Assembly (NCBI GenBank): GCA_964016885.1
Contig: OZ024740.1
Coordinates: 432,078,001 to 432,142,000 of the forward strand
Length of the DNA: 64,000 bases
Reading direction: 5' to 3'
Origin: Eledone cirrhosa
Lineage: Eukaryota
Within the stretch, counting starts at the first letter, position 1. Each line of letters begins with the position of its first letter. The notes beneath the pieces are model-generated. The model ran no database searches and was not told the origin of the DNA. It saw only the letters and a program-made list of their open reading frames with translations. A program made the translations under genes and the position numbers. This document shows positions 25,578 to 41,700 of this stretch, piece by piece.

Positions 25578-28309
25578 CAGACATTATCTGGCTACAGCTA
25601 CCATATTATATAGTTTCTACAACAGACCACAACAGTCACCTAGTGGGGAAGACAGACATTATCAGGCTACAGCTGCCATATTATATAGTTTCTACAACAG
25701 AACACAACAGTCACCTAATGGGGAAGACAGACATTATCAGGCTACAGCTGCCATATTATATAGTTTCTACAACAGACCACAACAGTCACCTAGTGGGGAA
25801 GACAGACATTATCAGGCTACAGCTGTCATATTACATAGTTTCTACAACAGACCACAACAGTCACCTAGTGGGGAAGACAGACATTATCAGGCTACAGCTG
25901 GCATATTATATAGTTTCTACAACAGACCACAACAGTCACCAAATGGGCAAGATAGACATTATCAGGCTACAGCTGTCATATTATATAGTTTCTACAACAG
26001 ACCACAACAGTCACCTAGTGGGGAAGACAGACATTATCTGGCTACAGCTGCAATATTATATAGTTTCTACAACAGAACACAACAGTCACCTAGTGGGGAA
26101 GACAGACATTATCAGGCTACAGCTGTCATATTACATAGTTTCTAAAACAGAACACAACAGTTACCTAATGGGGAAGACAGACATTGTCAGGCTACAGCTG
26201 CCATGTTATATAGTTTCTACAACAGACCACAACAGTCACCTAGTGGGGAAGACAGACATTATCTGGCTACAGCTGCCATATTATATAGTTTCTACAACAG
26301 ACCACAACAGTCACCAAATGGGGAAGACAGACATTATAAGGCTACAGCTGTCATATTATATAGTTTCTACAACAGACCACAACAGTCACCTAGTGGGGGA
26401 AGACAGACATTATCAGGCTACAGCTGTCATATTACATAGTTTCTACAACAGACCACAACAGTCACCTAGTGGGGAAGACAGACATTATCAGGCTACAGCT
26501 GCCATATTATATAGTTTCTACAACAGACCACAACAGTCACCAAATGGGCAAGATAGTCATTATCAGGCTACAGCTGTCATATTATATAGTTTCTACAACA
26601 GACCACAACAGTCACCTAGTGGGGAAGACAGACATTATCTGGCTACAGCTGCCATATTATATAGTTTCTACAACAGAACACAACAGTCACCTAGTGGGGA
26701 AGACAGACATTATCAGGCTACAGCTGTCATATTACATAGTTTCTACAACAGAACACAACAGTCACCTAATGGGGAAGACAGACATTATCAGGCTACAGCT
26801 GCCATATTATATAGTTTCTACAACAGACCACAATAGTCACCTAGTGGGGAAGACAGACATTATCCGGCAACAGCTGCCATATTATATAGTTTCTACAACA
26901 GACCACAACAGTCACCTAGTGGGGAAGACAGACATTATCTGGCAACAGCTGCCATATTATATAGTTTCTACAACAGACCACAACAGTCACCTAGTGGGGA
27001 AGACAGACATTATCTGGCTACAGCTGCCATATTATATAGTTTCTACAACAGAACACAACAGTCACCTAGTGGGGAAGACAGACATTATCAGGCTACAGCT
27101 GTCATATTACATAGTTTCTACAACAGAACACAACAGTCACTAAATGGGGAAGACAGACATTATCAGGCTACAGCTGTCATATTATATAGTTTCTTCAACA
27201 GACCACAACAGTCACCTAGTGGGGAAGACAGACATTATCAGGCTACAGCTGTCATGTTATATAGTTTCTATAACAGACCACAACAGTCACCTAGTGGGGA
27301 AGACAGACATTATCAGGCTACAGCTGCCATATTATATAGTTTCTACAACAGACCACAACAGTCACATAGTGGGGAAGACAGACATTATCAGGCTACAGCT
27401 GTCATATTACATAGTTTCTACAACAGACCACAACAGTCACCTAGTGGGGAAGACAGACATTATCAGGCTACAGCTGTCATATTACATAGTTTCTACAACA
27501 GACCACAACAGTCACATAGTGGGGAAGACAGACATTATCAGGCTACAGCTGTCATATTACATAGTTTCTAAAACAGACCACAACAGTCACCTAGTGGGGA
27601 AGACAGACATTATCAGGCTACAGTTGCAATATTATATAGTTTCTACAACAGACCACAACAGTCACCTAGTGGGGAAGACAGACATTATCTGGCTACAGCT
27701 GCCATATTATATAGTTTCTACAACAGACAACAACAGTCACCTAGTGGGGAAGACAGACATTATCTGGCTACAGCTGCCATATTATATAGTTTCTACAACA
27801 GACCACAACAGTCACCTAGTGGGGAAGACAGACATTATCAGGCTACAGCTGTCATATTACATAGTTTCTACAACAGACCACAACAGTCACCTAGTGGGGA
27901 AGACAGACATTATCAGGCTACAGCTGTCATATTACATAGTTTCTACAACAGACCACAACAGTCACATAGTGGGGAAGACAGACATTATCAGGCTACAGCT
28001 GTCATATTACATAGTTTCTACAACAGACCACAACAGTCACCAAATGGGCAAGATAGACATTATCAGACTACAGCTGTCATATTATATAGTTTCTACAACA
28101 GACCACAACACTCACCTAGTGGGGAAGACAGACATTATCAGGCTACAGCTGCCATATTATATAGTTTCTACAACAGACCACAACAGTCACCAAATGTGGA
28201 AGACAGACATTATCAGGCTACAGCTGCCATATTACTTAGTTTCTACAACAGACCACAACAGTCACCTAGTGGGGAAGACAGACATTATCAGGCTACAGCT
28301 GTCATATTA
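21871..28309 (+). repeat. Tandem duplication, offset 3226 bp (43 monomers + 1 bp)
   Basis: ORF pairs 22977/26203, 23243/26469, 23918/27144 and 24970/28196. Confidence 0.9.
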
Positions 28310-31300
28310 TATAGTTTCTACAACAGACCACAACAGTCACCTAGTGGGGAAGACAGACATTATCAGGCTACAGCTGTCATGTTATATAGTTTCTATAACA
28401 GACCACAACAGTCACCTAGTGGGGAAGACAGACATTATCAGGCTACAGCTGCCATATTATATAGTTTCTACAACAGACCACAACAGTCACATAGTGGGGA
28501 AGACAGACATTATCAGGCTACAGCTGTCATATTACATAGTTTCTACAACAGACCACAACAGTCACCTAGTGGGGAAGACAGACATTATCAGGCTACAGCT
28601 GTCATATTACATAGTTTCTACAACAGACCACAACAGTCACATAGTGGGGAAGACAGACATTATCAGGCTACAGCTGTCATATTACATAGTTTCTAAAACA
28701 GACCACAACAGTCACCTAGTGGGGAAGACAGACATTATCAGGCTACAGTTGCAATATTATATAGTTTCTACAACAGACCACAACAGTCACCTAGTGGGGA
28801 AGACAGACATTATCTGGCTACAGCTGCCATATTATATAGTTTCTACAACAGACAACAACAGTCACCTAGTGGGGAAGACAGACATTATCTGGCTACAGCT
28901 GCCATATTATATAGTTTCTACAACAGACCACAACAGTCACCTAGTGGGGAAGACAGACATTATCAGGCTACAGCTGTCATATTACATAGTTTCTACAACA
29001 GACCACAACAGTCACCTAGTGGGGAAGACAGACATTATCAGGCTACAGCTGTCATATTACATAGTTTCTACAACAGACCACAACAGTCACATAGTGGGGA
29101 AGACAGACATTATCAGGCTACAGCTGTCATATTACATAGTTTCTACAACAGACCACAACAGTCACCAAATGGGCAAGATAGACATTATCAGACTACAGCT
29201 GTCATATTATATAGTTTCTACAACAGACCACAACACTCACCTAGTGGGGAAGACAGACATTATCAGGCTACAGCTGCCATATTATATAGTTTCTACAACA
29301 GACCACAACAGTCACCAAATGTGGAAGACAGACATTATCAGGCTACAGCTGCCATATTACTTAGTTTCTACAACAGACCACAACAGTCACCTAGTGGGGA
29401 AGACAGACATTATCAGGCTACAGCTGTCATATTACATAGTTTCTATAACAGACCACAACAGTCACCTAGTGGGGAAGACAGACATTATCTGGCTACAGCT
29501 GCCATATTATATAGTTTCTACAACAGAACACAACAATCACCTAGTGGGGAAGACAGACATTATCAGGCTACAGCTGTCATATTACATAGTTTCTACAACA
29601 GAACACAACAGTCACCTAATGGGGAAGACAGACATTATCTGGCTACAGCTGCAATATTATATAGTTTCTACAACAGACCACAACAGTCACCTAGTGGGGA
29701 AGACAGACATTATCAGGCTACAGCTGCCATATTATATAGTTTCTACAACAGACCACAACAGTCACCTAGTGGGGAAGACAGACATTATCTGGCTACAGCT
29801 GCCATATTTTATAGTTTCTACAACAGACCACAAGAGTCACCTAGTGGGGAAGACAGACATTATCAGGCTACAGCTGCAATATTATATAGTTTCTACAACA
29901 GACCACAACAGTCACCTAGTGGGGAAGACAGACATTATCTGGCTACAGCTACCATATTATATAGTTTCTACAACAGACCACAACAGTCACCTAGTGGGGA
30001 AGACAGACATTATCAGGCTACAGCTGCCATATTATATAGTTTCTACAACAGAACACAACAGTCACCTAATGGGGAAGACAGACATTATCAGGCTACAGCT
30101 GCCATATTATATAGTTTCTACAACAGACCACAACAGTCACCTAGTGGGGAAGACAGACATTATCAGGCTACAGCTGTCATATTACATAGTTTCTACAACA
30201 GACCACAACAGTCACCTAGTGGGGAAGACAGACATTATCAGGCTACAGCTGGCATATTATATAGTTTCTACAACAGACCACAACAGTCACCAAATGGGCA
30301 AGATAGACATTATCAGGCTACAGCTGTCATATTATATAGTTTCTACAACAGACCACAACAGTCACCTAGTGGGGAAGACAGACATTATCTGGCTACAGCT
30401 GCAATATTATATAGTTTCTACAACAGAACACAACAGTCACCTAGTGGGGAAGACAGACATTATCAGGCTACAGCTGTCATATTACATAGTTTCTAAAACA
30501 GAACACAACAGTTACCTAATGGGGAAGACAGACATTGTCAGGCTACAGCTGCCATGTTATATAGTTTCTACAACAGACCACAACAGTCACCTAGTGGGGA
30601 AGACAGACATTATCTGGCTACAGCTGCCATATTATATAGTTTCTACAACAGACCACAACAGTCACCAAATGGGGAAGACAGACATTATAAGGCTACAGCT
30701 GTCATATTATATAGTTTCTACAACAGACCACAACAGTCACCTAGTGGGGGAAGACAGACATTATCAGGCTACAGCTGTCATATTACATAGTTTCTACAAC
30801 AGACCACAACAGTCACCTAGTGGGGAAGACAGACATTATCAGGCTACAGCTGCCATATTATATAGTTTCTACAACAGACCACAACAGTCACCAAATGGGC
30901 AAGATAGTCATTATCAGGCTACAGCTGTCATATTATATAGTTTCTACAACAGACCACAACAGTCACCTAGTGGGGAAGACAGACATTATCTGGCTACAGC
31001 TGCCATATTATATAGTTTCTACAACAGAACACAACAGTCACCTAGTGGGGAAGACAGACATTATCAGGCTACAGCTGTCATATTACATAGTTTCTACAAC
31101 AGAACACAACAGTCACCTAATGGGGAAGACAGACATTATCAGGCTACAGCTGCCATATTATATAGTTTCTACAACAGACCACAATAGTCACCTAGTGGGG
31201 AAGACAGACATTATCCGGCAACAGCTGCCATATTATATAGTTTCTACAACAGACCACAACAGTCACCTAGTGGGGAAGACAGACATTATCTGGCAACAGC

Positions 31301-32725
31301 TGCCATATTATATAGTTTCTACAACAGACCACAACAGTCACCTAGTGGGGAAGACAGACATTATCTGGCTACAGCTGCCATATTATATAGTTTCTACAAC
31401 AGAACACAACAGTCACCTAGTGGGGAAGACAGACATTATCAGGCTACAGCTGTCATATTACATAGTTTCTACAACAGAACACAACAGTCACTAAATGGGG
31501 AAGACAGACATTATCAGGCTACAGCTGTCATATTATATAGTTTCTTCAACAGACCACAACAGTCACCTAGTGGGGAAGACAGACATTATCAGGCTACAGC
31601 TGTCATGTTATATAGTTTCTATAACAGACCACAACAGTCACCTAGTGGGGAAGACAGACATTATCAGGCTACAGCTGCCATATTATATAGTTTCTACAAC
31701 AGACCACAACAGTCACATAGTGGGGAAGACAGACATTATCAGGCTACAGCTGTCATATTACATAGTTTCTACAACAGACCACAACAGTCACCTAGTGGGG
31801 AAGACAGACATTATCAGGCTACAGCTGTCATATTACATAGTTTCTACAACAGACCACAACAGTCACATAGTGGGGAAGACAGACATTATCAGGCTACAGC
31901 TGTCATATTACATAGTTTCTAAAACAGACCACAACAGTCACCTAGTGGGGAAGACAGACATTATCAGGCTACAGTTGCAATATTATATAGTTTCTACAAC
32001 AGACCACAACAGTCACCTAGTGGGGAAGACAGACATTATCTGGCTACAGCTGCCATATTATATAGTTTCTACAACAGACAACAACAGTCACCTAGTGGGG
32101 AAGACAGACATTATCTGGCTACAGCTGCCATATTATATAGTTTCTACAACAGACCACAACAGTCACCTAGTGGGGAAGACAGACATTATCAGGCTACAGC
32201 TGTCATATTACATAGTTTCTACAACAGACCACAACAGTCACCTAGTGGGGAAGACAGACATTATCAGGCTACAGCTGTCATATTACATAGTTTCTACAAC
32301 AGACCACAACAGTCACATAGTGGGGAAGACAGACATTATCAGGCTACAGCTGTCATATTACATAGTTTCTACAACAGACCACAACAGTCACCAAATGGGC
32401 AAGATAGACATTATCAGACTACAGCTGTCATATTATATAGTTTCTACAACAGACCACAACACTCACCTAGTGGGGAAGACAGACATTATCAGGCTACAGC
32501 TGCCATATTATATAGTTTCTACAACAGACCACAACAGTCACCAAATGTGGAAGACAGACATTATCAGGCTACAGCTGCCATATTACTTAGTTTCTACAAC
32601 AGACCACAACAGTCACCTAGTGGGGAAGACAGACATTATCAGGCTACAGCTGTCATATTATATAGTTTCTACAACAGACCACAACAGTCACCTAGTGGGG
32701 AAGACAGACATTATCAGGCTACAGC
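23970..32725 (+). repeat. Tandem duplication, offset 4351 bp (58 monomers + 1 bp, equal to 3226 + 1125)
   Basis: ORF pairs 24970/29321, 26203/30554, 26469/30820, 27144/31495 and 28196/32547. Confidence 0.88.
27197..29434 (+). repeat. Tandem repeat of a 1125-bp unit (15 monomers)
   Basis: Markers CAGTTGCAA, GACAACAAC, TCAGACTAC, CAACACTC and AAATGTGG each recur 1125 bp apart. ORF starts 28196/29321 and ends 27571/28696 agree. Confidence 0.9.
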
Positions 32726-35700
32726 TGCATATTATATAGTTTCTACGACAGACCACAACAGTCACCAAATGGGGAAGACACACATTATCAGGCTACAGCT
32801 GCCATATTATATAGTTTCTACAACAGACCACAACAGTCACCTAGTGGGGAAGACAGACATTATCAGGCTACAGCTGTCATATTACATAGTTTCTACAACA
32901 GACCACAACAGTCACCTAGTGGGGAAGACGGACATTATCAGGCTACAGCTGTCATATTACATAGTTTCTACAACAGACCACAACAGTCACCTAGTGGGGA
33001 AGACAGACATTATCAGGCTACAGCTGTCATATTACATAGTTTCTACAACAGACCACAACAGTCACCTAGTGGGGAAGACAGACATTATCAGGCTACAGCT
33101 GCCATATTATATAGTTTCTACAACAGACCACAACAGTCACCTAGTGGGGAAGACAGACATTATCAGGCTACAGCTGCCATATTATATAGTTTCTACAACA
33201 GACCACAACAGTCACCAAATGGGGAAGACAGACATTATCAGGCTAGAGCTGCCATATTATATAGTTTCTACAACAGACCACAACAGTCACCTAGTGGGGA
33301 AGACAGACATTATCAGGCTACAGCTGCCATATTATATAGTTTCTACAACAGACCACAACAGTCACCTAGTGGGGAAGACAGACATTATCGGGCTACAGCT
33401 GCCATATTATATAGTTTCTACAACAGACCACAACAGTCACCTAGTGGGGAAGACAGACATTATCAGGCTACAGCTGCCATATTATATAGTTTCTACAACA
33501 GACCACAACAGTCACCTAATGGGGAAGACAGACATTATCAGGCTACAGCTGTCATATTACATAGTTTCTACAACAGACCACAACAGTCACCTAGTGGGGA
33601 AGACAGACATTATCAGGCTACAGCTGCCATATTATATAGTTTCTACAACAGACCACAACAGTCACCTAGTGGGGAAGACAGACATTATCAGGCTACAGCT
33701 GTCATATTACATAGTTTCTACAACAGACCAAAACAGTCACCTAGTGGGGAAGACAGACATTATCAGGCTACAGCTGCCATATTATATAGTTTCTACAACA
33801 GACCACAACAGTCACCTAGTGGGGAAGACAGACATTATCAGGCTACAGCTGTCATATTACATAGTTTCTACAACAGACCACAACAGCCACCTAGTGGGGA
33901 AGACAGACATTATCAGGGTACAGCTGCAATATTATATAGTTTCTACAACAGACAACCACAGTCACCTAGTGGGGAAGACAGACATTATCAGGCTACAGCT
34001 GCAATATTATATAGTTTCTACAACAAACCACAACAGTCACCAAATGGGGAAGACAGACATTATCAGGCTACAGCTGCATTATTATATAGTTTCTACAACA
34101 GACCACAACAGTCACCTAGTGGGGAAGACAGACATTATCAGGCTACAACTGTCATATTATATAGTTTCTACAACAGACCACAACAGTCACCTAGTGGGGA
34201 AGACAGACATTATCAGGCTACAGCTGCATATTATATAGTTTCTACAACAGACCACAACAGTCACCTAGTGGGGAAGACAGACATTATCAGGCTACAGCTG
34301 CCATATTATATAGTTTCTACAACAGACCACAACAGTCACCTAGTGGGGAAGACAGACATTATCAGGCTACAGCTGTCATATTACATAGTTTCTACAACAG
34401 ACCACAACAGTCACCTAGTGGGGAAGACAGACATTATCAGGCTACAGCTGTCATATTACATAGTTTCTACAACAGACCACAACAGTCACCTAGTGGGGAA
34501 GACAGACATTATCAGGCTACAGCTGTCATATTACATAGTTTCTACAACAGACCACAACAGTCACCTAGTGGGGAAGACAGACATAATCAGGCTAGAGCTG
34601 CTATATTATATAGTTTCTACAACAGACCACAACAGTCACCTAATGATGAAGACAGACATTATCTGGCTACAGCTGCCATATTATATAGATTCTACAACAG
34701 ACCACAACAGTCACCAAATGGGGACGACAGACATTACCAGGCTACAGCTGTCATATTACATAGTTTCTACAACAGAACACAACAGTCACCTAGTGGGGAA
34801 GACAGACATTATCAGGTTACAGCTGTCATATTATATAGTTTCTACAACAGACCACAACAGTCACCAAATGGGGAAGACAGACATTATCAGGCTACAGCTG
34901 CCATATTATATAGTTTCTACAACAGACCACAACAGTCACCAAATGGGGAAGACAGAGATTATCAGGCTACAGCTGCCATATTATATAGTTTCTACAACAG
35001 ACCACAACAGTCACCAAATGGGGAAGACAGACATTATCGGGCTACAGCTGCCATATTATATAGTTTCTACAACAGACCACAACAGTCACCTAGTGGGGAA
35101 GACAGACATTATCAGGCTACAGCTGCCATATTATATAGTTTCTACAATAGACCACAACAGTCACCTAGTGGGGAAGACAGACATTATCAGGCTACAGCTG
35201 TCATATCATATAGTTTCTACAACAGACCACAACAGTCACCTAGTGGGGAAGACAGACATTATCAGGCTACAGCTGCCATATTATATAGTTTCTACAACAG
35301 ACCACAACAGTCACCTAGTGGGGAAGACAGACATTATCAGGCTACAGCTGCCATATTATATAGTTTCTACAACAGACCACAACAGTCACCTAGTGGGGAA
35401 GACAGACATTATCAGGCTACAGCTGTCATATTACATAGTTTCTACAACAGACCACAACAGTCACCTAGTGGGGAAGAGAGACATTATCAGGCTACAGCTG
35501 TCATATTACATAGTTTCTACAACAGACCACAACAGTCACCTAGTGGGGAAGACAGAAATTATCAGGCTACAGCTGTAATATTATATAGTTTCTACAACAG
35601 ACCACAACAGTCACCTAGTGGGGAAGACAGACATTATCAGGCTACAGCTGCCATATTATATAGTTTCTACAACAGAACACAACAGTCACCTAGTGGGGAA

Positions 35701-38700
35701 GACAGACATTATCTGGCTACAGCTGCCATATTATATAGTTTCTACAACAGAACACAACAGTCACCTAGTGGGGAAGACAGACATTATCAAGCTACAGCTG
35801 TCATATTACATAGTTTCTACAACAGAACACAACAGTCACTAAATGGGGAAGACAGACATTATCAGGCTACAGCTGTCATATTATATAGTTTCTACAACAG
35901 ACCACAACAGTCACCTAGTGGGGAAGACAGACATTATCAGGCTACAGCTGTCATGTTATATAGTTTCTATAACAGACCACAACAGTCACCTAGTGGGGAA
36001 GACAGACATTATCAGGCTACAGCTGTCATATTACATAGTTTCTACAACAGACCACAACAGTCACCTAGTGGGGAAGAGAGACATTATCAGGCTACAGCTG
36101 TCATATTACATAGTTTCTACAACAGACCACAACAGTCACCTAGTGGGGAAGACAGAAATTATCAGGCTACAGCTGTAATATTAAATAGTTTCTACAACAG
36201 ACCACAACAGTCACCTAGTGGGGAACACAGACATTACCAGGCTACAGCTGTCATATTACATAGTTTCTACAACAGAACACAACAATCACTAAATGGGGAA
36301 GACAGACATTATCAGGCTACAGCTGTCATATTATATAGTTTCTACAACAGACCACAACAGTCACCTAGTGGGGAAGACAGACATTATCAGGCTACAGCTG
36401 TCATGTTATATAGTTTCTATAACAGACCACAACAGTCACCTAGTGGGGAAGACAGAAATTATCAGGCTACAGCTGTCATATTACATAGTTTCTACAACAG
36501 ACCACAACAGTCACCTAGTGGGGAACACAGACATTATCAGGCTACAGCTGCCATATTATATAGTTTCTACAACAGACCACAACAGTCACATAGTGGGGAA
36601 GACAGACATTATCAGGCTACAGCTGTCATATTACATAGTTTCTACAACAGACCACAACAGTCACCTAGTGGGGAAGACAGACATTATCAGGCTACAGCTG
36701 CCATATTATATAGTTTCTACAACAGACCACAACAGTCACCAAATGGGCAAGATAGACATTATCAGGCTACAGCTGTGATATTATATAGTTTCTACAACAG
36801 ACCACAACAGTCACCTAGTGGGGAAGACAGACATTATCTGGCTACAGCTGCCATATTATATAGTTTCTACAACAGAACACAACAGTCACCTAGGGGGGAA
36901 GACAGACATTATCAGGCTACAGCTGTCATATTACATAGTTTCTACAACAGAACACAACAGTCACCTAATGGGGAAGACAGACAATGTCAGGCTACAGCTG
37001 CCATGTTATATAGTTTCTACAACAGACCAGAACAGTCACCTAGTGGGGAAGACAGACATTATCTGGTTACAGCTGCCATATTATATAGTTTCTACAACAG
37101 ACCACAACAGTCACCTAGTGGGGAAGACAGACATTATCAGGCTACAGCTGCCATATTATATAGTTTCTACAACAGACCACAACAGTCACCTAGTGGGGAA
37201 GACAGACATTATCTGGCTACAGCTGCCATATTTTATAGTTTCTACAACAGACCACAACAGTCACCTAGTGGGGAAGACAGACATTATCAGGCTACAGCTG
37301 CAATATTATATAGTTTCTACAACAGACCACAACAGTCACCTAGTGGGGAAGACAGACATTATCTGGCTACAGCTGCCATATTATATAGTTTCTACAACAG
37401 ACCACAACAGTCACCTAGTGGGGAAGACAGACATTATCAGGCTACAGCTGCCATATTATATAGTTTCTACAACAGAACACAACAGTCACCTAGTGGGGAA
37501 GATAGACATTATCAGGCTACAGCTGTCATATTACATAGTTTCTACAACAGAACACAACAGTCACCTAATGGGGAAGACAGACATTATCAGGCTACAGCTG
37601 CCATATTATATAGTTTCTACAACAGACCACAACAGTCACCTAGTGGGGAAGACAGACATTATCAGGCTACAGCTGTCATATTACATAGTTTCTATAACAG
37701 ACCACAACAGTCACCTAGTGGGGAAGACAGACATTATCAGGCTACAGCTGTCATATTACATAGTTTCTATAACAGACCACAACAGTCACCTAGTGGGGAA
37801 GACAGACATTATCAGGCTACAGCTGCCATATTATATAGTTTCTACAACAGACCACAACAGTCACCAAATGGGCAAGATAGACATTATCAGGCTACAGCTG
37901 TCATATTATATAGTTTCTACAACAGACCACAACAGTCACCTAGTGGGGAAGACAGACATTATCTGGCTACAGCTGCCATATTATATAGTTTCTACAACAG
38001 AACACAACAATCACCTAGTGGGGAAGACAGACATTATCAGGCTACAGCTGTCATATTACATAGTTTCTACAACAGAACACAACAGTCACCTAATGGGGAA
38101 GACAGACATTGTCAGGCTACAGCTGCCATGTTATATAGTTTCTACAACAGACCACAACAGTCACCTAGTGGGGAAGACAGACATTATCTGGCTACAGCTG
38201 CAATATTATATAGTTTCTACAACAGACCACAACAGTCACCTAGTGGGGAAGACAGACATTATCAGGCTACAGCTGCCATATTATATAGTTTCTACAACAG
38301 ACCACAACAGTCACCTAGTGGGGAAGACAGACATTATCTGGCTACAGCTGCCATATTTTATAGTTTCTACAACAGACCACAAGAGTCACCTAGTGGGGAA
38401 GACAGACATTATCAGGCTACAGCTGCAATATTATATAGTTTCTACAACAGACCACAACAGTCACCTAGTGGGGAAGACAGACATTATCTGGCTACAGCTA
38501 CCATATTATATAGTTTCTACAACAGACCACAACAGTCACCTAGTGGGGAAGACAGACATTATCAGGCTACAGCTGCCATATTATATAGTTTCTACAACAG
38601 AACACAACAGTCACCTAATGGGGAAGACAGACATTATCAGGCTACAGCTGCCATATTATATAGTTTCTACAACAGACCACAACAGTCACCTAGTGGGGAA

Positions 38701-41700
38701 GACAGACATTATCAGGCTACAGCTGTCATATTACATAGTTTCTACAACAGACCACAACAGTCACCTAGTGGGGAAGACAGACATTATCAGGCTACAGCTG
38801 GCATATTATATAGTTTCTACAACAGACCACAACAGTCACCAAATGGGCAAGATAGACATTATCAGGCTACAGCTGTCATATTATATAGTTTCTACAACAG
38901 ACCACAACAGTCACCTAGTGGGGAAGACAGACATTATCTGGCTACAGCTGCAATATTATATAGTTTCTACAACAGAACACAACAGTCACCTAGTGGGGAA
39001 GACAGACATTATCAGGCTACAGCTGTCATATTACATAGTTTCTAAAACAGAACACAACAGTTACCTAATGGGGAAGACAGACATTGTCAGGCTACAGCTG
39101 CCATGTTATATAGTTTCTACAACAGACCACAACAGTCACCTAGTGGGGAAGACAGACATTATCTGGCTACAGCTGCCATATTATATAGTTTCTACAACAG
39201 ACCACAACAGTCACCAAATGGGGAAGACAGACATTATAAGGCTACAGCTGTCATATTATATAGTTTCTACAACAGACCACAACAGTCACCAAATGGGGAA
39301 GACAGACATTATAAGGCTACAGCTGTCATATTATATAGTTTCTACAACAGACCACAACAGTCACCTAGTGGGGGAAGACAGACATTATCAGGCTACAGCT
39401 GCAATATTATATAGTTTCTACAACAGACCACAACAGTCACCTAGTGGGGAAGACAGACATTATCTGGCTACAGCTACCATATTATATAGTTTCTACAACA
39501 GACCACAACAGTCACCTAGTGGGGAAGACAGACATTATCAGGCTACAGCTGCCATATTATATAGTTTCTACAACAGAACACAACAGTCACCTAATGGGGA
39601 AGACAGACATTATCAGGCTACAGCTGCCATATTATATAGTTTCTACAACAGACCACAACAGTCACCTAGTGGGGAAGACAGACATTATCAGGCTACAGCT
39701 GTCATATTACATAGTTTCTACAACAGACCACAACAGTCACCTAGTGGGGAAGACAGACATTATCAGGCTACAGCTGGCATATTATATAGTTTCTACAACA
39801 GACCACAACAGTCACCAAATGGGCAAGATAGACATTATCAGGCTACAGCTGTCATATTATATAGTTTCTACAACAGACCACAACAGTCACCTAGTGGGGA
39901 AGACAGACATTATCTGGCTACAGCTGCAATATTATATAGTTTCTACAACAGAACACAACAGTCACCTAGTGGGGAAGACAGACATTATCAGGCTACAGCT
40001 GTCATATTACATAGTTTCTAAAACAGAACACAACAGTTACCTAATGGGGAAGACAGACATTGTCAGGCTACAGCTGCCATGTTATATAGTTTCTACAACA
40101 GACCACAACAGTCACCTAGTGGGGAAGACAGACATTATCTGGCTACAGCTGCCATATTATATAGTTTCTACAACAGACCACAACAGTCACCAAATGGGGA
40201 AGACAGACATTATAAGGCTACAGCTGTCATATTATATAGTTTCTACAACAGACCACAACAGTCACCAAATGGGGAAGACAGACATTATAAGGCTACAGCT
40301 GTCATATTATATAGTTTCTACAACAGACCACAACAGTCACCTAGTGGGGGAAGACAGACATTATCAGGCTACAGCTGTCATATTACATAGTTTCTACAAC
40401 AGACCACAACAGTCACCTAGTGGGGAAGACAGACATTATCAGGCTACAGCTGCCATATTATATAGTTTCTACAACAGACCACAACAGTCACCAAATGGGC
40501 AAGATAGTCATTATCAGGCTACAGCTGTCATATTATATAGTTTCTACAACAGACCACAACAGTCACCTAGTGGGGAAGACAGACATTATCTGGCTACAGC
40601 TGCCATATTATATAGTTTCTACAACAGAACACAACAGTCACCTAGTGGGGAAGACAGACATTATCAGGCTACAGCTGTCATATTACATAGTTTCTACAAC
40701 AGAACACAACAGTCACCTAATGGGGAAGACAGACATTATCAGGCTACAGCTGCCATATTATATAGTTTCTACAACAGACCACAATAGTCACCTAGTGGGG
40801 AAGACAGACATTATCCGGCAACAGCTGCCATATTATATAGTTTCTACAACAGACCACAACAGTCACCTAGTGGGGAAGACAGACATTATCTGGCAACAGC
40901 TGCCATATTATATAGTTTCTACAACAGACCACAACAGTCACCTAGTGGGGAAGACAGACATTATCTGGCTACAGCTGCCATATTATATAGTTTCTACAAC
41001 AGAACACAACAGTCACCTAGTGGGGAAGACAGACATTATCAGGCTACAGCTGTCATATTACATAGTTTCTACAACAGAACACAACAGTCACTAAATGGGG
41101 AAGACAGACATTATCAGGCTACAGCTGTCATATTATATAGTTTCTTCAACAGACCACAACAGTCACCTAGTGGGGAAGCCAGACATTATCAGGCTACAGC
41201 TGTCATGTTATATAGTTTCTATAACAGACCACAACAGTCACCTAGTGGGGAAGACAGACATTATCAGGCTACAGCTGCCATATTATATAGTTTCTACAAC
41301 AGACCACAACAGTCACATAGTGGGGAAGACAGACATTATCAGGCTACAGCTGTCATATTACATAGTTTCTACAACAGACCACAACAGTCACCTAGTGGGG
41401 AAGACAGACATTATCAGGCTACAGCTGTCATATTACATAGTTTCTACAACAGACCACAACAGTCACATAGTGGGGAAGACAGACATTATCAGGCTACAGC
41501 TGTCATATTACATAGTTTCTAAAACAGACCACAACAGTCACCTAGTGGGGAAGACAGACATTATCAGGCTACAGTTGCAATATTATATAGTTTCTACAAC
41601 AGACCACAACAGTCACCTAGTGGGGAAGACAGACATTATCTGGCTACAGCTGCCATATTATATAGTTTCTACAACAGACAACAACAGTCACCTAGTGGGG

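Noticed and set aside
34641-34650. snoRNA C box (ATGATGA)
   Set aside because: It occurs only in one rare variant monomer (four copies), and I saw no CTGA D box or terminal stem on the same strand.
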